From contig CATEYX010000055.1 of NCBI GenBank assembly GCA_949511925.1, positions 1-63,547 of the forward strand: a stretch of DNA of 63,547 bases, in the 5' to 3' direction. Shown piece by piece: positions 29,046 through 37,007 of this stretch. Made by a program: the position numbers and the translations under genes. This DNA comes from Cryomorphaceae bacterium (GTDB taxonomy: Bacteria > Bacteroidota > Bacteroidia > Flavobacteriales > BACL11). The notes under the pieces were generated by a model. It was not told the origin of the DNA, ran no database searches, and was given only the letters and a program-made list of their open reading frames with translations. Position 1 is the stretch's first letter. Every line of letters begins with the position of its first letter.

Positions 29046-29882
29046 TTAAATAGTTTTTACTTCTTTAACTAAGGCAACAAATAAACCAAAGATAAAAGAT
29101 AGAATAGCACCTAAAAATCCTAAGATTAAAATATCATCTTCTTTCTGATTTACCTTGGCAAAATTTTGCACAAAAGTCAACGGTTTTAATAAGTCCTGCT
29201 TAGTTTTTATATCTTCTCTTAGTTGACTAAGCAAAATAATTTGATTACTAACAACACTGCTTTTTCCACTAACTATATTTACAGAACTAACATCTAAACT
29301 ATTTTCAGCACCAACTAGTCTTATCTTATCTAACATTTCCAACTCAGCATTAATATCATTAATAATTTCAGTATTTGACACTAAATAACTATTGTGATAT
29401 TGCTTAATAAAAGAATTATTTGAAAAATAATAAATAAGACCTTCCTCAAATTGATCAATACTTGTATTGTCAAATGTAGATAATACAATTTCAAATTTAT
29501 TGAGAGCATAAAACTTCTCATTCATATCTTGTTGATACAATTGTTCAGCTTCAATATTTCTTAAAGCTGAAGCAATTTCTATATCTAAACCTAATGAAAT
29601 TGATAAAGCTAAATAATCTTCATTTTCAATATTAATTTGCAAATGATTAATCAAATCAATAGCTGTTCTTTGGCTTAAATCCTCAATCTGTTCTTGTCTT
29701 TCGTATTCAGAAATACCCGACATACAAATTGCTTTTGTTTCATAATAAGGAGTTTTAAATTTCTGATATCCTACAACACAAATAATCCCAGCTCCCATAA
29801 AAACTAAAAGTAATCTACTATTTCGAGAAATAAATTTTACAAAATTAGAAAATAGTTCACTTAAATTTAATTCATCTGTCAT
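29046..29882 (-). CDS. Wzz-like chain-length determinant (PCP-type; no kinase domain)
   Basis: One N-terminal TM helix (LLLVFMGAGIICVVGY), a roughly 200-aa helical region and one C-terminal TM helix (ILILGFLGAILSFIFGLFVALV). First gene of the glycan locus. Confidence 0.5.
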   Translation of the reverse strand: MTDELNLSELFSNFVKFISRNSRLLLVFMGAGIICVVGYQKFKTPYYETKAICMSGISEYERQEQIEDLSQRTAIDLINHLQINIENEDYLALSISLGLDIEIASALRNIEAEQLYQQDMNEKFYALNKFEIVLSTFDNTSIDQFEEGLIYYFSNNSFIKQYHNSYLVSNTEIINDINAELEMLDKIRLVGAENSLDVSSVNIVSGKSSVVSNQIILLSQLREDIKTKQDLLKPLTFVQNFAKVNQKEDDILILGFLGAILSFIFGLFVALVKEVKTI

Positions 29883-30036
29883 TTCATTTTTATTTTAAAT
29901 TTTACAAATGCAATTATTAATCTCTATAATGCTCAAAATAGAATTTTCTTATTATTAAGCTATCATAAACTGAATAGCTAAAAAATTCATGAAAAAGATT
30001 TAAATAATAATTTCTACAACAATATATATTCAAATT

Positions 30037-30061
30037 AAAAAAGCCCAATTAGGGCTTTTTA
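30037..30061 (-). terminator. Rho-independent terminator after gldN (bidirectional hairpin)
   Basis: aaaaAAGCCCaattaGGGCTTttt: a GC-rich 6-bp stem flanked by an A-run and a T-run, 21 nt downstream of the gldN stop. Confidence 0.75.
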
Positions 30062-30081
30062 TTATTTATTAATAAACGAGA

Positions 30082-30981
30082 TTAATATTCCCAAAGATCA
30101 TGCTCAATATTAAATATTTCTGTTTTAATTCGCTCTGCTTCTAATAACGCATCAAGACCAACCATGTATTCATTTATCTTTCTATCCATAACACTTGACT
30201 CTTTCACAATAGTACTCCCAAACATTCTTTTCCAAAAAATATCATCATAGGTTCTTCTTTCAGCATTATTTTTAACTAAATTAAAAACTTCAGCATTAAT
30301 CAAAATTTCTCTAGCTTCTGGAAAATACACCCAAAATAATGGAGAAAAAGTACCTAATATTTGCCCATTAACTTCATCTCTATCTTCCTGTAAAGGAGCT
30401 AAACCGATAATACGCACATCCATAACCGATCTCTGCTTATCAAAGAACCACTCTTCTTTTAATCTCCATTTTTTGATTGAATTTCTATTAAATTCAGTCT
30501 TACTCAATTCCATTCTGGTAGCTTCATCAGGATCAGCACCTTCTGCTACAGCATCCCAGTCAACTACTTCAACCATTTCTTCTTTAGCACCTCCAATTTT
30601 TTTAATAGCATCTTGAGACATTTCCTCTCTAAATTCATCATCCATAGCAGCATTATCATATGCAGTAATACTACCTTCTTGAATTGCAGAGTAGATTACA
30701 TCAATTAAACTCTTTCTATCTTGAATAGTATGACCAACACCATCATTTTCAGGATAATAAAAAGGATGATTAATTTTTTGACGTAAATCTATTTCCCTCC
30801 AAATTTTACGAGACCACATTACATCTGCCTGACGTAAAGGAGCATAATGCTGAACTTTTTTATTATGGTGCTTTTCTTTTTTATACACAGAATTCATATC
30901 CTCTGTAGTCAAAATATCTTGAGCATTTACACCAACTAAACAAAGAGTAGATGTTACTAATAATAAGATTAATTTTTTCAT
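30082..30981 (-). CDS. gldN: Gliding motility/T9SS protein GldN (PorN)
   Basis: Signal peptide, a size of 299 aa and a position after gldM. Motifs such as W.R.IWR.ID.R.K.N and KEEWFFDKQRS are typical of GldN. Confidence 0.9.
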   Translation of the reverse strand: MKKLILLLVTSTLCLVGVNAQDILTTEDMNSVYKKEKHHNKKVQHYAPLRQADVMWSRKIWREIDLRQKINHPFYYPENDGVGHTIQDRKSLIDVIYSAIQEGSITAYDNAAMDDEFREEMSQDAIKKIGGAKEEMVEVVDWDAVAEGADPDEATRMELSKTEFNRNSIKKWRLKEEWFFDKQRSVMDVRIIGLAPLQEDRDEVNGQILGTFSPLFWVYFPEAREILINAEVFNLVKNNAERRTYDDIFWKRMFGSTIVKESSVMDRKINEYMVGLDALLEAERIKTEIFNIEHDLWEY

Positions 30982-30990
30982 AATTTTATG

Positions 30991-32703
30991 TTATTTAATT
31001 TCTAGCACTAATGGATCTAAAGGACGAACTGCAGTATTTTTAGCATCTACCCTTTTAGCCTTTATATTTGAAATGGTTATTGCATTACCTGATTTTGTAT
31101 TCTTAATAATACTTATCATTTTAGGAGTAAACTTAGGACCTTTAGCATCTTCCTTCATTTGTTCACCTTTATAGACACCTGATAAGCGATATGATGTAAC
31201 TACATACCTTACACCTTTAAAATCAAAATCCTTTAACTCTGCACCTAAACCACCAGCATTAACCATTTTCATTTTATCAATTACCGTGGTTCCATTTACT
31301 TCTATTGTAAACTGAACTTTGGGTTTTGGAGGGGGAACTTCTTTTACTCTAAACTCCATTTCACCCATTTTAGTACGCTTACCATTTACTTCTGCAAAAA
31401 GAGATACCATTGCTTTTCCTTTTTTAGAAGGGCGAGCAGAATATTCACCTAATGATTTTTTAACTACTGAAACTTTACCATTATTTATCACTGCTGAAAT
31501 TACGCCTGCAGTATATCCAGGTACAGAAATTTTAAGTGGATTGTCGACCTCTAAATATAAAATATTCATATTTGTTGGCGAAACAACAGCGGTTTTAGCA
31601 GCTACTAAATACTGACCTCTAAAAGGATACATCTTAGTACCGTTATCAGTTTTCATAGCAATTAAACCACCCCATTTTTGGTTACCTTCTGATGATGCTC
31701 GTCTTGCGAACATTCCTTTACCATTTACAACTTTGACTGTTTCATAATCATCACCAATCATCTCATATTTCCCTCCTCCTAATGAATCGTATTCTCCAAC
31801 ATAAATAAGTGGTGCTTGAGTAGTATCCTTAGCTGCAATAAATATTTGAGCCCTAAAAGAATCACCTTTTAATACAAAATTAGAATTTGGAATTTGAATA
31901 CCTTCAGCAGAAGTAAACTTCAATGATCCTGCATCAATATTTTCTCTTAACATATTAATAATATCTGCTTCGGTGTTTCTAACATCAGATTGCATTTTTG
32001 AAAGTAGAGTTAAAGCACCAACAGAAGGCATATCATAAAAGTTATATTTTTCCCATAACTGTTTTTTACCTTTTATTTTTTTATCTTCATAATTACATGT
32101 CTCATTTATTGATGTAATCAAAGATTCATCTCCTTCAGCAATAGAGATAATTCTATCTTTATATGTAATCAAATTATTCTTTAAATCTGTTGCAACATTT
32201 GTCTTTCTTTTTTCACTATAGAATAAATCACCAGCAGCATGTCTATCATCCTTGTTAGTTAAGGCGCCGATATTCATTAATTTTTGTTGGTCACTTAGCA
32301 TATCCCAACTTAAAACAATTGATTTCTCCTCAATCAAATCACCTTCTTCATCTTTAATTTCACTCTGAGAGCCTAAATAAACTTTCTTATCCGTTTTTAA
32401 AACAAGATTATATTTCATTTCTTGCAAAGAAGCTACTAATTTATCAGCCTCTGTTTTGATTTCATAAGCTTGCTCTCTGTATGGACCTGCCTTAACGGGA
32501 TTTACCTCAGCAGCAGCGTCAAAAGCAGCATAGGTATCCCCATTTTTTGAATTAAAATTTGTAGTTGTTCTAGTAATACCTTTATTAACTTCAAAAAATG
32601 AATTTAACACTTCCTTCGATACATTCAATGCAAGCAGTGCGGTAAGCACTAAATACATCATATTAATCATCTTTTGTCTTGGCGATATGTTACCTCCAGC
32701 CAT
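30991..32703 (-). CDS. gldM: Gliding motility/T9SS protein GldM (PorM)
   Basis: The hallmark N-terminus MAGGNISPRQKMINMMYLVLTALLALNVS, with 570 aa of periplasmic domains. Confidence 0.95.
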   Translation of the reverse strand: MAGGNISPRQKMINMMYLVLTALLALNVSKEVLNSFFEVNKGITRTTTNFNSKNGDTYAAFDAAAEVNPVKAGPYREQAYEIKTEADKLVASLQEMKYNLVLKTDKKVYLGSQSEIKDEEGDLIEEKSIVLSWDMLSDQQKLMNIGALTNKDDRHAAGDLFYSEKRKTNVATDLKNNLITYKDRIISIAEGDESLITSINETCNYEDKKIKGKKQLWEKYNFYDMPSVGALTLLSKMQSDVRNTEADIINMLRENIDAGSLKFTSAEGIQIPNSNFVLKGDSFRAQIFIAAKDTTQAPLIYVGEYDSLGGGKYEMIGDDYETVKVVNGKGMFARRASSEGNQKWGGLIAMKTDNGTKMYPFRGQYLVAAKTAVVSPTNMNILYLEVDNPLKISVPGYTAGVISAVINNGKVSVVKKSLGEYSARPSKKGKAMVSLFAEVNGKRTKMGEMEFRVKEVPPPKPKVQFTIEVNGTTVIDKMKMVNAGGLGAELKDFDFKGVRYVVTSYRLSGVYKGEQMKEDAKGPKFTPKMISIIKNTKSGNAITISNIKAKRVDAKNTAVRPLDPLVLEIK

Positions 32704-32735
32704 ATTATTTTATATTTTTAAGTAATTAATAATGA

Positions 32736-33404
32736 TTATTTATTAGGATTCATTGCTGTTAGCATATTTCCATATACTTCATTTAATTGTTCTAAATTAT
32801 CAGCCAAGCTACTAACCTGCTCTTGGAATCTTTTAGAATCATCTACTGAAGACTGTAAATTTTGTAAAAATAAAGTTGTAGCCTCCATCTGATTATTAGA
32901 AGTTTGTAATTGTAATTCATATAAAGAATTCAAAGCATTCATATTCTTTACGCCTTCCTGAATTTGTGAATTATATTCTGAAATACCTGAAGCAGCAGTA
33001 ACCGTTTCATTCAATTGTCTTGCTGAATCTCCAAATGACCTTAACCCCTCATTTAAACTTTCAATCAATTCATTATCAATTTTCGCTTTTGCTAACGCAT
33101 CATCTAGTTGTTGAGCTGGACGCTTAACACTGTTAGGGTCTTCCATGTGAGCAAGTTCAGGGTAAACTAAAGACCAATCAACTTCTGTAGCAGGTTTTTC
33201 AAAAGCAGAGAAAAAGAAGATAATAGCCTCAGTACTTAAACCAAGTATCAACATAAGAGAGGCTCCAGGCAAATGCTCTATTTTAAATAGTGCACCAATA
33301 ATTACTAAAGCTGCCCCCCAACCATACAATTTTGGCATCATTGTTTTATACCATTTTGCTTCTGTAATATTTCCTATTGACTGTATAATATTTCCTAAAC
33401 TCAT
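32736..33404 (-). CDS. gldL: Gliding motility/T9SS motor protein GldL (PorL)
   Basis: Two N-terminal TM helices (YGWGAALVIIGALFKIEH, with the conserved Glu region) and a coiled-coil cytoplasmic tail. Lies between gldK and gldM. Confidence 0.92.
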   Translation of the reverse strand: MSLGNIIQSIGNITEAKWYKTMMPKLYGWGAALVIIGALFKIEHLPGASLMLILGLSTEAIIFFFSAFEKPATEVDWSLVYPELAHMEDPNSVKRPAQQLDDALAKAKIDNELIESLNEGLRSFGDSARQLNETVTAASGISEYNSQIQEGVKNMNALNSLYELQLQTSNNQMEATTLFLQNLQSSVDDSKRFQEQVSSLADNLEQLNEVYGNMLTAMNPNK

Positions 33405-33443
33405 TCTTTTATTTTTTTGTTATTTAATATTTATTTTTAAATT

Positions 33444-34754
33444 CTATTCAAAATCTTTTTTATCCCTTCCAAGGAAATCAACTGCACATCTAAAACCAAT
33501 ATAACTTTTTGCAGTATCTTGATACTCAAAAGTTCTTGTACTTGTTTGAATAAAATAAGCTATGTCTTTCCAAGAACCTCCTCTGATAGATTTTCTTTTC
33601 AGTACGGCATGATCATCTTCACTTGCATTATAATGGTAATCCATATTCATATCGTGAGAATATGAAAAAGCAGATTCATCATAAGCGTTTGACGTCCATT
33701 CAGCAACATTTCCTGCCATATCATAAAGTCCAAAACCATTCGGATTATAAGATGCTGTTTTCATTGTTTTAAGACCTCCATCCGCAGTATAATTACCTCT
33801 TAATGGTTTGAAATTTGCTAAAAAGCATCCCTTAATATTACGAGTATACGGACCACCCCAAGGGTAAGGAGAGGAATCTAATCCTCCTCTTGAAGCATAT
33901 TCCCATTCTGATTCTGTAGGTAATCTGAATTCTGGTAATACCGGCTGTTTAATCTTTCTTAAGAAAGCATTCATCATTTGAGTTCTCCATTTAGTAAATG
34001 CAGTAGCTTGTTTCCAGTTAATTCCTACTACTGGATAGTCATCAAAAGCTGAGTGAAAGAAATAATTCTTAGTATATGGGTCATTAAAAGAATATGCATA
34101 ATCGTGAATCCAAGTTAATGTATCAGGGAAAATTGAAACTTCAACCTCAGATAAAAACTCACTTCTATCTCTCTTACCGCTAGCATCACCTTCTCTTTTC
34201 GATTTACTTGCAGCAGCCTGAACATCTAAAACTTGATATTTATATACATATTTTCTTGTATCAAATTCTCTTCTACCATTCAATCTTTCATGTTCTGGCA
34301 GATACATTTCTTCTTCAAGTATTTCTCTAACCTCAGGATCATTCCATCTAATTTTAGTATTCCAGTTAATTTTTGATGGTTCCAAAAAATTACCAAAATT
34401 ATCTTCCTCAATTAAGTGCCCTTCAATTCCTGCTTCACCTAAAATAATGTGCGCTAAAGAATCTCTCACCCAAGTTACAAATTGGCGATATTCATTATTA
34501 GTAATTTCAGTTTCATCCATATAGAATGCTCCAACAGAAATAGTTTTTGAAGCTGTTACATTTGCAAAAGGAACATCTTGATCAGAAGGTCCCATATTAA
34601 AACTTCCTTGAGGGATAAACACCAATCCGTAAGGATCTGTAGGATTCCAAATTTTTCTGTTTTGCGATCCAATTAATTCACCATTACCTGAACTACCACA
34701 AGCACTTAATAGTGCTACAATTGAACTTAATAATATTATTTTTTTCATATTCAT
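33444..34754 (-). CDS. gldK: Gliding motility/T9SS lipoprotein GldK (PorK), FGE-sulfatase fold
   Basis: Lipobox LLSAC followed by formylglycine-generating-enzyme-like motifs (YPVVGINW.QA..F..W, GNV.EW, IRGGSW). Confidence 0.95.
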   Translation of the reverse strand: MNMKKIILLSSIVALLSACGSSGNGELIGSQNRKIWNPTDPYGLVFIPQGSFNMGPSDQDVPFANVTASKTISVGAFYMDETEITNNEYRQFVTWVRDSLAHIILGEAGIEGHLIEEDNFGNFLEPSKINWNTKIRWNDPEVREILEEEMYLPEHERLNGRREFDTRKYVYKYQVLDVQAAASKSKREGDASGKRDRSEFLSEVEVSIFPDTLTWIHDYAYSFNDPYTKNYFFHSAFDDYPVVGINWKQATAFTKWRTQMMNAFLRKIKQPVLPEFRLPTESEWEYASRGGLDSSPYPWGGPYTRNIKGCFLANFKPLRGNYTADGGLKTMKTASYNPNGFGLYDMAGNVAEWTSNAYDESAFSYSHDMNMDYHYNASEDDHAVLKRKSIRGGSWKDIAYFIQTSTRTFEYQDTAKSYIGFRCAVDFLGRDKKDFE

Positions 34755-34787
34755 ATTTATTTATCACTTTCGTGAGTTAAATCTATT

Positions 34788-35705
34788 TTATAAGAATCTT
34801 GGGTTTTTGTATTTTGAAATTGCTTTGTTTGTTTTAATCTTAAAATTATAACCCAACATAAATTCCAGCGAATTTGACATTGCATTCATTATTGTAACAT
34901 CATAAGCTAATCCGAATCTTAAATCTTCATTCACATTCATACCAGCTAACAAACTTATCCCTTCATCTAATCTATAACTAACGCCACCCCACATTTTATT
35001 ATTGTATATTAAATTTGTATTAATATCCAATTGTGAAGTTGCTCCATCTGACTTCAAATATATTGACGGGTTCAATGAAAGTAAAGAACTAAGCTCATGA
35101 TAATAACCAGCAATTAAAAAATAATGTCTGGTTAAGCTAAAATTCTGACCATCACTCCACTCAATTGTTGGTTCTGTCATATGCGCAGAAGAAAGACCGA
35201 TATATACATCTTGAGTATTATAATAAACACCAGCGCCTATATCTAAACTTGACCCCTTCACATCTCCTGTAGGTATTGCGGGATCTCCACTCTGAGCAGA
35301 TCTCAAGGCACCACCATTTAAACCACTTTGATACATTCCTACTGACATTCCCATACCAATTTGCCCAACACCTAATTCAGTACGGTAAGCATAAGAAGCT
35401 TGTAAACCTAAATTACTAAACTCAGCAATATTATCCTTAACAACATTCAAACCTACACCTCCATATAAAGATGGTAACTCAGCATCAACACTGAAATTTT
35501 GAGTTGAAGCAGCTGCCCCATCATCACTAAATCCCATCCATTGAGACCTATGCAAAATAGAAGTAGCTATAACCCCTCTACTTCCTGCAAAACCAGGATT
35601 ATTCGCTAATTTATTAAACATATTCTGCGTGAATTGCGGGTCTTGTTGCGCAGAAACAGTAATTACTGATATAACAGCTAAGATTAGTATAATTATTTTC
35701 TTCAT
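34788..35705 (-). CDS. porP: PorP/SprF-family T9SS outer-membrane protein
   Basis: Signal peptide followed by AQQDPQFTQNMFNKLANNPGFAG, the signature N-terminus of PorP/SprF. Beta-barrel-like sequence ending ...KNPRFL. Confidence 0.9.
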   Translation of the reverse strand: MKKIIILILAVISVITVSAQQDPQFTQNMFNKLANNPGFAGSRGVIATSILHRSQWMGFSDDGAAASTQNFSVDAELPSLYGGVGLNVVKDNIAEFSNLGLQASYAYRTELGVGQIGMGMSVGMYQSGLNGGALRSAQSGDPAIPTGDVKGSSLDIGAGVYYNTQDVYIGLSSAHMTEPTIEWSDGQNFSLTRHYFLIAGYYHELSSLLSLNPSIYLKSDGATSQLDINTNLIYNNKMWGGVSYRLDEGISLLAGMNVNEDLRFGLAYDVTIMNAMSNSLEFMLGYNFKIKTNKAISKYKNPRFL

Positions 35706-35846
35706 ATTTATTTATCTATTGAAAATTTTGGGGCTAAAATAAACAAATTTTAATAAAGCGTACTAACTACTATCGACTAACTTATGAATTCAAGATAAAA
35801 TAAAATTAGATTTAGAACCTAGCAATCTAAATATCAAGACGTTTAA

Positions 35847-37007
35847 TTAAATAAACTTATTGTAAGTTTTTAGCCATCTCTCAGGTATTTCACCCTGATT
35901 CGCCACCTCATAGTCCCGATAAGAGCAAGCAACATAGTAATTTTGAAGTTGTTTTTCACCTTCTTTCTTAAAAGGCACTCCCATCCACCACCTACCACTG
36001 CTTTGGCTTTTGTAAAATACAATTTCATTTTTACCATCTTCAAAGGCAACTGTGTATTTTATGCAGTTTTTTAAATTCGGATTCAGTTCTTGCTTTCTCA
36101 TTTTATACCCATCAATAAAATACCAGAGCATTTGAGCCATTAACTGAGCAGTTTGATTGCTATCATCTAATTGCTGATTATACTCAAATAAACCAACAGC
36201 TGTTAGTTTGTCACTCAGTCCAGCATAACGCATGATTTTACAGGCTTCTTCTCCATTTAATCCATTAGGAGAACTATAAACATTAGCATGAGCATATGCA
36301 TATTGAATTGCCGAAATATCAAAACTTAAAAAGTCAGTATTCCTCATTACTGGTTCTACTTCTTGAAAATTTACTTTCAAATCACCTAATCTAACAATAT
36401 CAAAATTTATGCTTTGCAGCATTTCTGCAGCTACAGGAGAAACAAAGTAAGATTGATATCCTAAATTAACATAATGGAAAAGATGACTCGGCTTATGACT
36501 TATCATCTTTCCTAGATGAGAATATGAAGCTAAATTATCTTTTTCCATACCAATATCAAAACTTTTATCGACTGAGGTAAGAGTAATGTATTTTTCTAAA
36601 GAAGCATACGCTTTATAAACTGCATAACTAACATCATGTCCACCCCCAATAATAATAGGGATAATTCCATCATGAAGTAAAGCTGCACAAACATCTTGAA
36701 TTAAATTAAACGATTCTTTACGAGTTGGCATTAATTTTAATGTACCTAAATCAACTACTCTAGGTATTTCATCCTGATGCAATTGATAAAAAGAAGCTCT
36801 TATTTTACAATAATTTGAAATTGATATGTTTTTTGAACCCTCATATTCAGGAACATTAAAAATTGCAATCTCAGCAAATTTTACCTCAGGAAAACTGCCT
36901 TCAGAATGAAAATCAATTAAACGCCCTACTTGTGTAATTCCCCAACTATCCTTTGAAGCATACACTTCAGAATTTAAAGATTCAAAATAGGCGTTTAATT
37001 CAATCAT
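35847..37007 (-). CDS. Arginase/formimidoylglutamase-fold protein with apparently divergent metal-binding motifs
   Basis: IPIIIGGGHDVS, SVDKSFDIG, LSFDISAIQ and VGLFEYN align with the arginase-family motifs GGDHS, DAHxD, SxDxDxxDP and DxxE. Several liganding residues are substituted. There is an extra ~90-aa C-terminal extension. Confidence 0.6.
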   Translation of the reverse strand: MIELNAYFESLNSEVYASKDSWGITQVGRLIDFHSEGSFPEVKFAEIAIFNVPEYEGSKNISISNYCKIRASFYQLHQDEIPRVVDLGTLKLMPTRKESFNLIQDVCAALLHDGIIPIIIGGGHDVSYAVYKAYASLEKYITLTSVDKSFDIGMEKDNLASYSHLGKMISHKPSHLFHYVNLGYQSYFVSPVAAEMLQSINFDIVRLGDLKVNFQEVEPVMRNTDFLSFDISAIQYAYAHANVYSSPNGLNGEEACKIMRYAGLSDKLTAVGLFEYNQQLDDSNQTAQLMAQMLWYFIDGYKMRKQELNPNLKNCIKYTVAFEDGKNEIVFYKSQSSGRWWMGVPFKKEGEKQLQNYYVACSYRDYEVANQGEIPERWLKTYNKFI

